Notes: a model not told the origin generated them from the sequence alone. Counted from the stretch's first letter, positions 20,638-32,153 are shown. The stretch: DNA of 64,000 nucleotides from Chitinophagaceae bacterium (GCA_947488765.1 CANLAE010000009.1:26045-90044), one strand, 5' to 3'. Translations and numbers: made by a program.

Positions 20638-23280
20638 ATGAAAAGAATTTTTTTAATCTCCGCATTGCTATTTTTTTATTGTTCATTATTTGCTACACAT
20701 ATAGCAGGTGGTGAGTTGTATTATGAATACACTGGTCCCGGAGTTGCAGTAAATTCTGCCAAGTATAAATTAACAATGCGGTTGTTTAAAGAATGTAACT
20801 CAAGTTCTGGAGTAAACTTAGCAACTGAGAGTGTAATCATTGCAGCATACAACAATCCTGGATTAAGTTTTCAAACATCGGTAACCCTTGTTTATAGTGC
20901 TCCACCCGCTTCACAAAATCCATTTCAAAATACGCCTGGTGCAATTCCCTGTTTAACAGGAAATACTACCTCTTGTTACCTCATTGGATTTTACAGTGGA
21001 GAAATTGAATTGCCTTATACATTAAATGGATACACATTAGTTTGGACAAGATATACAAGAATGAATCCTATTGCAAATATTTCGCCTGGAGATTTAGGAG
21101 CAACATTTGCCACTCAAATTCCCGGAACACAAGCATTACCAACAGGTAACAACAATAGTCCGAAATTTAAATTAAAGGATACAATTATTGTTTGTAAAAA
21201 TCAAAATCTAAATTTAGATTATGGAGCTATTGACCCTGATGGAGATTCATTGTCTTACAAATTTGTAAGTGCATATGATGGTTTTGGAGGAAGTGCTTCT
21301 AATCCTGCACCATTTAATCCTCCTAATACACCGCCTGCAACTTTTCAATTAGTTCCTTTAAATTACAATAATCCTTACAGTGGTACAAGCCCTTTGGGGT
21401 CAACTGTTGTAATCAATAACAGTACAGGAGAAATAACCGGCACAGCCCCGCCTTCTCCTGGTAAGTATGTGGTATGTGTGGCAATTGAGGAATGGCGTAA
21501 CGGAGAAAAAATAAATGAACACCGTAAAGATTTTATTTTAACTATTGGTGATTGCAGCGTTAACCAAACATACCTTGGTCCTGATGTAAAAACTTGTAAT
21601 GGTATAACTTTTACCTTTATTAATGATACCCAAGGCCAATTTACAAGTTATGCCTGGTCTTTAGGAGATGGCACTACATCAACATTACCCGTTGTAAATC
21701 ATACGTATCAAGATACCGGCAGATTTCTGGTAAAACTAGTAGCTACAAGCAGTGCAGGTTGTAAAGATTCTGCAACAAAATATGTTTATGTGTATCCTGG
21801 ATTTATTCCTGCAATTAAAGTGGTAGGCTCTTGTTATCAAACACCCATAAAATTTTATGATTCTACAAAAACTGTATATGGTGTTGTAAACAGCTGGAAA
21901 TGGGATTTTGGTGATTTGACTACCATTGCAGATACTGCATTAAGTAGAGATACGGCTTGGTTGTACCCTACCTCAAATGCTTATAATGTAAAATTAATTG
22001 CTACCAATAGCAAAGGTTGTATTGATACTGTTGTAAAAAATATCATTGTAAGAGATAAACCAATTATCAACCTTCCTTTTAAAGATACATTGATTTGTAC
22101 AATTGATACATTGGCATTAGCTGCTAATAGTTCGGGCACCTTTAGCTGGTCTCCAAATTATAATATCATTAATCCAACATCGTCTAACCCTTTGGTCTAT
22201 CCAAAAAATACTACAACTTATGTTATTCATGTAAATGAAGACGGATGTATCAATTCAGATTCAATCAAAGTAAATACATTGGAATTTATTAAGGTAGATG
22301 CAGGGCTTGATTCTGCGGTTTGCCAAACAGATACATTTAGATTAAAACCTATCAGTGCAGCTTTAAGTTATTTATGGATATCCTCTACCGGTGTACTTGT
22401 TGATCCCATTAAATATCCATTGGTGCAACCACTTGTTAGTACTAAATATTATGTAAAAGCCAACTTGGGAAAATGTCAGGATAATGATTCTGTTTTCATT
22501 AAAGTAGCACCTTATCCTATAGCAAGTGCTATAGATGTAAATCCTATTTGCTTCGGTAGTAAAGTACAATTGAATGCTACTATTGTTGGGTCAAATTTTT
22601 ACTGGACACCCACCAATTCTTTGTTAAATCCCAATACATTAACCCCAGTTGCAGGTCCTAGTAAAACTACTAAATACATTATTACTTCAACAGATACCGT
22701 TGGTTGCCCAAAGCCGGCAAGTGATACCATTACAGTTGTTGTAATTCCTATTGTTACCGTTAATGCAGGAAGAGATACGGCTATTGTTTTATATCAACCT
22801 TTGCCACTTTTTGCATACACCAACGCATCAGCTGGGAGTAAAGTCAAATGGTATCCTTCAACAGGATTAAATTTTGATTCTATTTACAATCCGATTGCTA
22901 TTTTAAATATTGGAGCTGACTCTATAAAATATAAAGTTCGTGTTACAACCCCGGAAGGTTGTTTTGGTGAGGATGATATTGTAGTACGTTTATTCAGAAC
23001 CGAACCTGATATTTTTATACCAACAGCATTTACGCCAAACAGAGATGGTAAAAATGATGTTTTAAAACCAATATGTGTTGGGATTACAAAGCTTGATTAT
23101 TTCCGGATTTATAATCGTTGGGGACAATTAATTTATGAAACGAAAGAATTTGAAAATGGCTGGGATGGCTCATTTGGAGGTAAGGATCAAGCAAGTGGTA
23201 CTTATGTTTTCATGGCTCAGGGAGCTGATTATTTGGGAAGAGTTGTATTCAAAAAAGGAACAGCTGTGTTGATAAGATAA
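20638..23280 (+). CDS. T9SS type B sorting domain protein, paralog 2
   Basis: The track ORF starts at 20626. ATG at 20638 (MKRIFLISALLFF) gives a clean signal peptide. It is colinear with paralog 1 along its whole length, with the same N-terminal HxAGGELxYE module, PKD-like repeats and type B CTD. Confidence 0.8.
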   Translation: MKRIFLISALLFFYCSLFATHIAGGELYYEYTGPGVAVNSAKYKLTMRLFKECNSSSGVNLATESVIIAAYNNPGLSFQTSVTLVYSAPPASQNPFQNTPGAIPCLTGNTTSCYLIGFYSGEIELPYTLNGYTLVWTRYTRMNPIANISPGDLGATFATQIPGTQALPTGNNNSPKFKLKDTIIVCKNQNLNLDYGAIDPDGDSLSYKFVSAYDGFGGSASNPAPFNPPNTPPATFQLVPLNYNNPYSGTSPLGSTVVINNSTGEITGTAPPSPGKYVVCVAIEEWRNGEKINEHRKDFILTIGDCSVNQTYLGPDVKTCNGITFTFINDTQGQFTSYAWSLGDGTTSTLPVVNHTYQDTGRFLVKLVATSSAGCKDSATKYVYVYPGFIPAIKVVGSCYQTPIKFYDSTKTVYGVVNSWKWDFGDLTTIADTALSRDTAWLYPTSNAYNVKLIATNSKGCIDTVVKNIIVRDKPIINLPFKDTLICTIDTLALAANSSGTFSWSPNYNIINPTSSNPLVYPKNTTTYVIHVNEDGCINSDSIKVNTLEFIKVDAGLDSAVCQTDTFRLKPISAALSYLWISSTGVLVDPIKYPLVQPLVSTKYYVKANLGKCQDNDSVFIKVAPYPIASAIDVNPICFGSKVQLNATIVGSNFYWTPTNSLLNPNTLTPVAGPSKTTKYIITSTDTVGCPKPASDTITVVVIPIVTVNAGRDTAIVLYQPLPLFAYTNASAGSKVKWYPSTGLNFDSIYNPIAILNIGADSIKYKVRVTTPEGCFGEDDIVVRLFRTEPDIFIPTAFTPNRDGKNDVLKPICVGITKLDYFRIYNRWGQLIYETKEFENGWDGSFGGKDQASGTYVFMAQGADYLGRVVFKKGTAVLIR

Positions 23281-23465
23281 ATGCCGGTGATTTAAAAAAG
23301 AATTCACCAAGAAAGAACTTCATAACATTAGAAATAATGGTAAACCCGTTTATTATTTCAGTAAAAATATAAATCACACTGCCAAATAATTTAAAAAATT
23401 GTTAGTGCTGCTAATAACTTCGTCTAAAATCAAATATCTAATATCCGGCATATAAAAATAAATTT

Positions 23466-24224
23466 ATGACCAAAACAATTTTAATCACCGGCGCAACTTC
23501 CGGTTTTGGAAAAGCAATTGCTGAAACATTTGCAGCAGCAAAATGGAATTGTATTATCACAGGAAGAAGAGAAGAAAAATTATTGACTTTCGCTGATGTG
23601 TTACAAAAAGATTTTGGTGTTGAAATACTCCCATTGGTATTTGATGTTCAAAATAGATCACAGGTTTTTGATGCTATTGCAAGTATTCCAACCCAATGGC
23701 AACACATTGATGTATTGGTAAATAATGCAGGACTTGCATTGGGCAGAGATAGTTTTGAAGTTGCTGATATTGATGATTGGGATACGATGATTAATACCAA
23801 CGTAAAGGGTTTGTTGTACGTAAGTAAAGCAGTTATGCCTTTGATGATTGCTAATAAAAAAGGACACATCATTAACATTGGTTCTACTGCTGCAAAAGAT
23901 ATGTACCAGTTTGGAAATGTTTATTGTGGTACAAAAGCTGCTGTAGATGCCATTAGCCATACCATGAGAATTGATTTATTGCCTCATCAAATAAAAGTAA
24001 CCGCAATTCATCCCGGAGCTGCGGAAACTGAATTTTCTCTTGTAAGATTTAAGGGTGATGAAAACAAAGCCAAACAAACTTACAATGGCTTCAAAGCCCT
24101 ATCAGCAAAGGATGTTGCGGATACCGTTTATTATTGCGGCACATTACCCGAACATGTGTGCATTAATGATTTGGTAATCACTTGTACCGCCCAAGCCGAT
24201 GGAATTTATATTCACAAAACATAA
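23466..24224 (+). CDS. SDR family NAD(P)-dependent oxidoreductase
   Basis: 252 aa. Cofactor motif TGATSGFGKA, NNAG, and catalytic YCGTKAA (YxxxK). Confidence 0.9.
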   Translation: MTKTILITGATSGFGKAIAETFAAAKWNCIITGRREEKLLTFADVLQKDFGVEILPLVFDVQNRSQVFDAIASIPTQWQHIDVLVNNAGLALGRDSFEVADIDDWDTMINTNVKGLLYVSKAVMPLMIANKKGHIINIGSTAAKDMYQFGNVYCGTKAAVDAISHTMRIDLLPHQIKVTAIHPGAAETEFSLVRFKGDENKAKQTYNGFKALSAKDVADTVYYCGTLPEHVCINDLVITCTAQADGIYIHKT

Positions 24225-24245
24225 GTTTCTTTCTTAAAACTAATA

Positions 24246-27200
24246 TTAAGGAGCTAAAGAAATTCTGATTTGTAATCCTGCCCTTGTATTGATTGTTGGG
24301 GCAGCTGTTGAAATATATGGTGTTACTCTTCGCTGATCAAAAAATAATTTCAAGTTCAATCTATTGTTTAAAACATAGTCAATACTTGGTTGTATCGTTA
24401 TTACTTTTTGTCCGCCTGTTCCATATGCAGTTGCCTGATCTAATCTGCTGTTGCTTGTTGCATCATCTCTCATAGAAAGATCCAATTTGAAATTGATATC
24501 GTTCTCCAGTTTTTTATTTTTCATACCAGGTAATTTAAATGGCAACGGGAATCCTTTTTTGCGCCAGCCCGCACCAATTACCCATTCTGTGCCCCTTGTT
24601 TCACTTAATTGATAATCGATTAAACTCAAACTCAGGGTTCTGCTTTTCTTAAATTCAAACTTAATATTTACCTGACTGATAGTGGTAATATCAATTCCAA
24701 TTAACGGAGCAAATTGTTCTTGTATGGTAATATTTGGAACTAAGAAAAACGGAACATAATTACGACTTACCGTATCAAAAAATTGTGGTGAGCCATAACG
24801 AAATGGATCTCTGTATAACAATGCACTGTTATAACTATTCATGCTTAATGTTCCATTGTATGCATGTGACAATGAAATGGTACTAAATGTTTTTGCTAAC
24901 GTAGGAATTTTACTCAATCCTGTGTAAGTGGCTCTCCAATTGGGTTTTGGAATAATTCCACTAAATGGATTGGAACGAACCGTGCTATTATTTTGATTTA
25001 ATAATGAAATACTATTGATATCTTTTTTAGTATATGCTGCAATAAAAGAAGGTATCAAAACGTCTTGTGCATAACGGCTATATCCTTTGGCATATCCATC
25101 AGGAGCAAATTTTTCGCTTGCTGGTAACCCTTGCCAGTAAGGATTTGTTTCGGCAACTCGTTTACTTGTTATAATTCTATAATCCTGAAAGCGTTTGAAT
25201 GTTGCAGAAACTTCATTTGGATTGCTGCTTTCGAACAACGTACTGAAGGCAATATAGCTTACACTAAAACCACCACTTGCAAATGGATTTAAATGCTCTC
25301 TTCTTCCTGTTCCGCCTGTGGTGCTATCCTTAAATAATTCAGAATATTCTTTGCTAAATGTTTTATCTAAATTTATATCAATAATAAATTCTCTGATGGG
25401 TTCAATTTGTGCAGTGATGCTTAATTTCTGCTCAAAATTTTGTCTGAATAACCCATTGTACAAAGTGTCTTTTGATAATAAACCTTGAGCATTTATTTTA
25501 TTCAACCAATTGGTATCCGGCTGTTTTCCAAAAACATAATCCAAGCCCGGCTGCATACTTTTAAAATTATTGCCAATATATTTTGTGCTATCCATATAAC
25601 CCGGCAATCGGCTTTTATAATTTTCACCGTAGTTTACAGATACTCTTTTAAGCATTGTAATTATTTTACCTCCGGCTCTTACAGCACCATTCAATTCGAT
25701 AGGGGTATTTTGTTTTTGTAACTGTGCTGCTATTCTTGCATCACGTTTTTGTTGCCGCCATTTTTTTATTGCTGCTGTTCTTTTTTCGCCAGTTAATCCT
25801 TTGGTAACTTCTGCCTTAGTTTTGATTACAATGCTTGTTAATGCTGTATTTTCTGTTTTACCTTTCTTTTTATCAGCACCTTTATCTTGCGTGTTTTTTG
25901 GCTTCGGAGCTGGAACATTATCAATAGCACGCAACCATCTTGATTTGCTGTATAATCTTGAAAAATCAAATTCACCATTGATTAGATTTTCCTGGCTATT
26001 CTCTAAAGTATTGCCAAGCGTAAGTGCAATTCTGCTTGCGCCAATCCAGTTGTAGGTAGTGGTGTAACTGTATCTTGCATTAATCCAATCTGTTAATGGA
26101 AATTTACTTAATGGTAAAGTATAAGCCAATGTTGCTTTCTGATTGTACAAAGTATTTCTTCCGCCATTCCAAAAATTATTTTTTACAGAATCTCTTTTTA
26201 CTTTGGTGTCCAACATTCCACTTGGTTCATCAACCCTGGCATTATTGGTTGCAGTAAAATCAATGTTGAGTGATTTAGATAAATCCCAACGCATGTTGTA
26301 AAACCTATCAAACGTAAAATATTTATCATAAGTAGTATCTACTCTTTCTAATTTTCCTGTGCCGTCTGTATTTACAATTCGTGGAATATATTGCCCAAAT
26401 TGTCTGTTAATATCTGCTCTGAAACTCAATAAAGACGGCTGTAAATTGAAATTAAAATCTCTAACTAAATTGTACCAGTTGCTTTTTCTTTTTTGCAATA
26501 ATTTTTTAAATGGTTCAATGTATTTTGACTGTTTATTAAAAGTATAACCTAAGCCACCTCTTTGTTTGGTTACTTCATTTTTCAAAACAATCGGACTACT
26601 TTGTTCAATTTTGGTATAAGAGTAGCTCATATCCAAATTACTCAAACTCCATAAACGTTGTTTGCCATTACCTTGCACTCTTACGTTGGTAACATTAAAT
26701 GTTTTTATGGTAGACTGATCCAATGCTGTATTCTTAATTGAATCTCTTTTTCCCTGACTTCCGGCATTATTTATTTTATCTGCATACTTCACGTCTTTGT
26801 CGTAAGGATCATACTCGGGCTTACGAATCGTTTTGTTGATGCTTGTATAAATTGGAATACTGATTTTAGCTTTTTTAGGAACTAATTTTCCTGCATCAAT
26901 TGTTGCAGCGGCATCTATTTGAAACAGATTATCCCTTGCTCTTTCATTCACTCTTTGTTCAATCGTTCCAAAGCCTTGTGTAAAGGTATTGGCTGAAACA
27001 CTTACGCTGCCTAAGTCTGCAAGCTGTAAGTCAACTCTTCCCAATGCTGCATAAGCACCACGTTCATCTAATTGTGATAATCGTAATTCATTAATCCAAA
27101 CTTCTGCACTTACTGGAAATGTATTATTATCTTTTGCATTTTCAACGCCAATTAAAATACCTCTTACTTCACCCAAATTAGGGTTACCATAAACAGAGAA

Positions 27201-30200
27201 TGTTTTATTATCAAATTTTTCTCGATAAATATTATTCAAAGGCAAGCCTGCAGCATTGCGTCTTAGTTTAAGATTAATCAAATCCTTCAAACTAAAATCA
27301 AGGTTGTTTTCTGCTGGCCAAACTTTTATCGAGGATGAATCATTGGAGCCGTATTTCCCCGGTAATGTAACTTTTAATGGTATTTTAACTTCGTAGTAAT
27401 TGTTTAAAAAATCTTGACCAATTCTGAATATAGCATAAAGCTCATTATCTTTTACAGTAGTGCTTTTAGGAATACTTTCTGCATGAACAAACATAGATAG
27501 TTTTCCGTACTGACGCATATCCAAGTTCAACGTTTTAAATACGCCTCTGCTTTCGCCATCGGCTAAATTCAATGTACGCAAACTCATGGATTGTTCGTTT
27601 TGCAAAAGATTAATACCATTGTTACTGAGCAATTGAACACGGTCAATACCCGGAGGCATTACATAGTTTACGGGAGTTCGGCTGCTGTTTTCTTCAAGGT
27701 TTACAGCTAGTACATTAAAATTGCTGTTATCTACTTTTGTATAAGATGCAGTAGTATCAATTTTGAAAGTAAAATTTCTCCATTGGTTACGAACCAAATC
27801 AAATCTTGCAAAACGCATTACAACACTGTCTTCAAAATCTGACAAATACATTCTTGCAAAACGAATAGATTTGAAATCGGTGATATTGCCTACATTTTTT
27901 GTATAATCTTTAATGGGCACTCTAAATAAATACCAGTTTTCTTGTCCAGCGGTTCCATTAGCATAAGAAACATTTACAACTCTTTTGTCTGTAACATATT
28001 TGGTTGTGCCAACATTCATGTTTTGTGTTAAATCAATCTGGTACTCATAATAGGCTTCCGTTTCATTCAAAGTATTATCTCTATTCAAATCCTCATTATC
28101 CGGATACAATGTAGCAGCAGCAGATAAAGAACTGTTGGTGCTTGCAACAGGTGAGTTGCCACTTGGGTTATTGAAATCTTTATAACGCTGTAAAATGCCT
28201 GCTCCTGCTGCATCATAGCCTGCATCTCTGTACCACACATAGTTATCATTTGATGGATCTGTCAATGCTTTTTGATACACAGGTGAGGTTGTGCCAAAAG
28301 AGTTTTTCAATCTTTGTAAATAATAATTTTTTACTATTCTTTCGCTGTCATCAGTCAATCCATCAAAGCCCACATCCTGATAAGGTCTGTCTGCAGGATC
28401 ATTGCTAAATGCTTGTGTTACCTGAATTGGATTGATCGGTTGTTTGCCCCATGTGCTGTTACTTGTAACTGCAGGAATATTAGGCGATGGCAATCCGTTT
28501 TCATAAAAACGTTTTCCGTCTTTTAAAATATCTTCACTGATATTTCCAAAGTTTAAAAATAATTTACCCGATGCGTTTGGATTGGTGTTTTTTATAAAAG
28601 GATCTTGAACCCAAAACTCTACATATTCTACATTGCCTGTTTCAAAATCTGTTTGATCAATGTTACGCATTATACCGCCCCATCTTTGTTTGGGGTTGGT
28701 AAGTTTGCCGTTTGCATTAAGTTGTGTGTTATTACTTAAAAAATTGTATGGTCCTTTTTCTGTTGGATAATAGGCTAAATCAAAAGTAAATGCCTGAACA
28801 TTGGTGATGTTAGTGGTCGTATTTGGAAAAAGTTCATTGGTATACACTTGTCTTACTCTTGGGTCGCTCAATGCATTTAAATCTTTTCGTAACGGGTTAT
28901 TTGCAGCATTTTTATCTTGAAGTGTTGGCTCAATATTGTACCAGGCAACCTTTGCTCGATTAAAATTATAATCAATAGAATCCTTTAATGCAGCTTCTGA
29001 AAATCCTCCTGTTGGCGTAGAAGCCAATGTCCATGCAATTGAAGGAAATCTTAAATCCAAACTGTTTCTTGTTCCTTCAAAATCATCTACATAAATTAAT
29101 CCCTGATCACCGCTACCAATTTGTTTTGGATGCCCTGGTTTTAAATAAGCCCCTTCTCCATAAGCAGTGATTGAACTTGGAGCTTTGGTTGAATAAAATG
29201 GTAATTTATTTAATACCCTTGTAAGACCGGGCCATTGGCTGCGATAACTAAAATCAACGCCATACATGGTGTTGCGAATTGGGTCTTCACCGTAATTCAT
29301 TTTAGTAAAAAATGGTCTTTCACCCAAACGAACCATAGATGCTCCAATACTTAATTTTTTATTTGCAATATAGTCAGCACGCAAGCCCAAAAATCCACGC
29401 TGCTGCATTCCAAATCCTGCATTGTTTTCATAAGAAACACTAACAGGGATTCCTGAATTTAAAATAGCTTGATTGATAATTTTTACACTTCCCAAATTAT
29501 AATCAATTGTAAAGTCTTTACCCTCTGTTAATGCTTGTCCGCCACTGGTAACCCTTACGCTTCCTTGCGGGATATTAAATGCACCCAAGTAAATATCGCT
29601 GCCACCGCTTCCCTTTGCCTGACCTTGCATTACAAATCGGCTGAAGTTGGCATAAGTTTGTGCAATCGCTTTAATGCTATCATACAACTGACGATAAATG
29701 TATTTGTCTTTGATAGCCGGTGCAACCCCTGCAAAAGCTAATGTTTCTAAATCTCTGCCAAAAGGTTCTAATACAGGGAAAATTACTTTTCCCTGTTGTG
29801 GTAAAATGGTAAATCCTTCAATGTAATCAAACACACCATCGGGTTGCGGATCGTTTCTGTTATTTAAACGATCAAGATTGAGTATTCTTAGTAGTGATTG
29901 TCCTTCTACTGCTGAAGACGTTTCGGGTAAATATCTTTTTAAGCCGCCACTTGGTTCTTCGTATAAAACATTTAATTTAAAATCTTCTCTGCTTACACCC
30001 GGCAAATCCAATGAATACACATTCTTCATCATCAATCTCCAAATAGGTAAATTGGTTCTTGCAGATGTTGCTTTTAAAAGTTTTAAATACAATACTTTTT
30101 GGACTCCTTGTGTAGAATCTAATGCAATGTCTTGACTAAATTCTCCCACTTGGTATACTTTACCATTATAAGTATATTGATAAGCCATTCCTAAAACTTC

Positions 30201-31529
30201 ATCTGGTTGTAGTTGTGTATTGATAGAAATAAAACCAATTTGCGGATTGAAATAATATTCGTTTGCAGTTAATTTTCGGGCATATGTTTTTTCAAAATCA
30301 TCAACCGGTCTCAACCCCAAATCTTGTAGTTGTCCTGTAACCAATGAAGGACTTCTGAAGTTTTTTACGTTGGTATATAAATTGTTTGTTCCGTTTTCAG
30401 GTTTTGTATTGCTTGTTAATGCTGATATTACAGGGTTGGCAGGGGTTACTTCGCCTAAATCTGCAAGGCCAACTACATCTCGTGCATCAGTTGTTGCGCC
30501 AGTACGGTTGGTAATCCATACTTCTACTCTTTGAATTTGAACCTGACTATTTACCAATGGCAGGCTCTTCATAGCGGTATTGAAGTTGTTCCTAAAATAT
30601 TGCCCCATTAAAAAATGTCGGTTCTCTTCATAATCATCTAATTTCTTTTGAAACTGTGTTGTAGCAGCCCCTCCTTGTAAATTTTGACTTTGTCTTGAAC
30701 TGCGCTGATTGGCAATAGCCGCAGTAAAAAATAATTTACCAAATTGTAATTGCGTTTTTACACCAAATAAATTTTGTGTGCTTGGTATCAGGGTTCCTTT
30801 ACTCTGCCAAGAAATATTTCCGGCTTCCACACTTTTCAGAATCTCATCATCCATTCCTTTGTAATCAAATTTCAGTTGATTTTCAAAATCAAAATTTGTA
30901 AGGGTATTCCAGTTGATTGGTAGTTTAAGTTTATCGCCAATATTTGCATTTACATTTAAGTTGGCGTTCATATCAAAATCAAATCCGCCATTTTTTCTTG
31001 CAGCCTCAGGTAATGTTGGGTTTTTTGTAATTTGACCTTGATAGCCTGCTAATATATCTACCGATCCTTGTGGTTTAATATCTACTTTAAATCCATTTTT
31101 CCCAACTCCAAATATTCTGTCAAATAATTTATCAAATACTTTCATTTTGGGCCTTAATACTTTTCTGTTTAAAGCCGTAATTGCCTGAGATCGTTTTTTA
31201 AAATAATCTACTTCTGCATTTCTTCCTTGTATACGTTGAAATTCATCAAAAGTTAAGAAGGTTGGCTTTCTGTATTGTCTGCCACCAATGGTTTCTACAA
31301 TATAATATTGTTTTGTTTTAGGATCGTACTGAATATCCTGTTTAATTAAGGAAGTATCCCGAAGTGAAAAAGGGTTTCTGTTAGACCATGTGTAAGCATC
31401 GCCTCGTCGGTCTTGTATAGGATAACGCAATGAATCTTTTTGTTGGGCAGCAACAAATTGACTTATGCATACACTTGCAAGAGTGATGAATAAAAAGTGG
31501 TATTTCTTTGTATAAAAAATGTGATTCAA
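24246..31529 (-). CDS. sprA: T9SS outer-membrane translocon SprA (Sov)
   Basis: 2427 aa, the size characteristic of SprA, with a signal peptide. The N-terminal YPIQDRRGD...NPF...YDPKTKQYYIVE...YRKPTFLTFDEF block matches recalled SprA conservation and the remainder is beta-rich. Apparent TTG start at 31527-31529. Confidence 0.85.
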   Translation of the reverse strand: MNHIFYTKKYHFLFITLASVCISQFVAAQQKDSLRYPIQDRRGDAYTWSNRNPFSLRDTSLIKQDIQYDPKTKQYYIVETIGGRQYRKPTFLTFDEFQRIQGRNAEVDYFKKRSQAITALNRKVLRPKMKVFDKLFDRIFGVGKNGFKVDIKPQGSVDILAGYQGQITKNPTLPEAARKNGGFDFDMNANLNVNANIGDKLKLPINWNTLTNFDFENQLKFDYKGMDDEILKSVEAGNISWQSKGTLIPSTQNLFGVKTQLQFGKLFFTAAIANQRSSRQSQNLQGGAATTQFQKKLDDYEENRHFLMGQYFRNNFNTAMKSLPLVNSQVQIQRVEVWITNRTGATTDARDVVGLADLGEVTPANPVISALTSNTKPENGTNNLYTNVKNFRSPSLVTGQLQDLGLRPVDDFEKTYARKLTANEYYFNPQIGFISINTQLQPDEVLGMAYQYTYNGKVYQVGEFSQDIALDSTQGVQKVLYLKLLKATSARTNLPIWRLMMKNVYSLDLPGVSREDFKLNVLYEEPSGGLKRYLPETSSAVEGQSLLRILNLDRLNNRNDPQPDGVFDYIEGFTILPQQGKVIFPVLEPFGRDLETLAFAGVAPAIKDKYIYRQLYDSIKAIAQTYANFSRFVMQGQAKGSGGSDIYLGAFNIPQGSVRVTSGGQALTEGKDFTIDYNLGSVKIINQAILNSGIPVSVSYENNAGFGMQQRGFLGLRADYIANKKLSIGASMVRLGERPFFTKMNYGEDPIRNTMYGVDFSYRSQWPGLTRVLNKLPFYSTKAPSSITAYGEGAYLKPGHPKQIGSGDQGLIYVDDFEGTRNSLDLRFPSIAWTLASTPTGGFSEAALKDSIDYNFNRAKVAWYNIEPTLQDKNAANNPLRKDLNALSDPRVRQVYTNELFPNTTTNITNVQAFTFDLAYYPTEKGPYNFLSNNTQLNANGKLTNPKQRWGGIMRNIDQTDFETGNVEYVEFWVQDPFIKNTNPNASGKLFLNFGNISEDILKDGKRFYENGLPSPNIPAVTSNSTWGKQPINPIQVTQAFSNDPADRPYQDVGFDGLTDDSERIVKNYYLQRLKNSFGTTSPVYQKALTDPSNDNYVWYRDAGYDAAGAGILQRYKDFNNPSGNSPVASTNSSLSAAATLYPDNEDLNRDNTLNETEAYYEYQIDLTQNMNVGTTKYVTDKRVVNVSYANGTAGQENWYLFRVPIKDYTKNVGNITDFKSIRFARMYLSDFEDSVVMRFARFDLVRNQWRNFTFKIDTTASYTKVDNSNFNVLAVNLEENSSRTPVNYVMPPGIDRVQLLSNNGINLLQNEQSMSLRTLNLADGESRGVFKTLNLDMRQYGKLSMFVHAESIPKSTTVKDNELYAIFRIGQDFLNNYYEVKIPLKVTLPGKYGSNDSSSIKVWPAENNLDFSLKDLINLKLRRNAAGLPLNNIYREKFDNKTFSVYGNPNLGEVRGILIGVENAKDNNTFPVSAEVWINELRLSQLDERGAYAALGRVDLQLADLGSVSVSANTFTQGFGTIEQRVNERARDNLFQIDAAATIDAGKLVPKKAKISIPIYTSINKTIRKPEYDPYDKDVKYADKINNAGSQGKRDSIKNTALDQSTIKTFNVTNVRVQGNGKQRLWSLSNLDMSYSYTKIEQSSPIVLKNEVTKQRGGLGYTFNKQSKYIEPFKKLLQKRKSNWYNLVRDFNFNLQPSLLSFRADINRQFGQYIPRIVNTDGTGKLERVDTTYDKYFTFDRFYNMRWDLSKSLNIDFTATNNARVDEPSGMLDTKVKRDSVKNNFWNGGRNTLYNQKATLAYTLPLSKFPLTDWINARYSYTTTYNWIGASRIALTLGNTLENSQENLINGEFDFSRLYSKSRWLRAIDNVPAPKPKNTQDKGADKKKGKTENTALTSIVIKTKAEVTKGLTGEKRTAAIKKWRQQKRDARIAAQLQKQNTPIELNGAVRAGGKIITMLKRVSVNYGENYKSRLPGYMDSTKYIGNNFKSMQPGLDYVFGKQPDTNWLNKINAQGLLSKDTLYNGLFRQNFEQKLSITAQIEPIREFIIDINLDKTFSKEYSELFKDSTTGGTGRREHLNPFASGGFSVSYIAFSTLFESSNPNEVSATFKRFQDYRIITSKRVAETNPYWQGLPASEKFAPDGYAKGYSRYAQDVLIPSFIAAYTKKDINSISLLNQNNSTVRSNPFSGIIPKPNWRATYTGLSKIPTLAKTFSTISLSHAYNGTLSMNSYNSALLYRDPFRYGSPQFFDTVSRNYVPFFLVPNITIQEQFAPLIGIDITTISQVNIKFEFKKSRTLSLSLIDYQLSETRGTEWVIGAGWRKKGFPLPFKLPGMKNKKLENDINFKLDLSMRDDATSNSRLDQATAYGTGGQKVITIQPSIDYVLNNRLNLKLFFDQRRVTPYISTAAPTINTRAGLQIRISLAP

Positions 31530-31568
31530 AGCTGTAGGCCTTAGTTAAGTAGAGATTTAGCCAATAAG

Positions 31569-32153
31569 TTACAAATTTTTGAGTGCTTGTTTAATTAATT
31601 CCTGTAATTCAATAATCTCAGGGTTTGCTATAATTACTTTTTGAACAGCCTGTTCAGCATTTGCTTTTGCAATACCTAAGCTAACCAAAGCGTTTGCGGC
31701 GTCTCCTCCAATATTTGTTGCAGTGGTGGTTGAAAAATTGGTATCTAAATTTTGTTTGCCAAATTTATCTCGCAATTCCACAATCAATCTTTCTGCACTT
31801 TTTCTGCCAATACCTTTGATACTTTCTAACTGTTTTGTATTGCCCTGAACAATAGCACGTGTTATTTCTTCCGGTTTCATGCCACACAACATCATACGTG
31901 CAGTAGATGTACCAACCCCAGATACACTTATCAATTGTAGAAATAAATCTTTTTCAGTCATTTCTGCAAAACCAAAAAGCGTATGTGCATTTTCTGTAAT
32001 GTGCAAATAGGTAAATAGTTGTCCAGATTCCTTATTTACTATACTGCTGTAAGTATATAAACTGATTTGTAAATCATATCCTACACCATTTACATCCACT
32101 ACTACACGAGCCGGTTGTTTCTGTACAAAATTTCCTCTAACAAATGCTATCAT
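31569..32153 (-). CDS. ruvA: Holliday junction branch migration protein RuvA
   Basis: 194 aa. MIAFVRG...VVVDVNGVGY OB domain and HhH motifs (VSGVG, IKGIGRKSAERL). Confidence 0.95.
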   Translation of the reverse strand: MIAFVRGNFVQKQPARVVVDVNGVGYDLQISLYTYSSIVNKESGQLFTYLHITENAHTLFGFAEMTEKDLFLQLISVSGVGTSTARMMLCGMKPEEITRAIVQGNTKQLESIKGIGRKSAERLIVELRDKFGKQNLDTNFSTTTATNIGGDAANALVSLGIAKANAEQAVQKVIIANPEIIELQELIKQALKNL

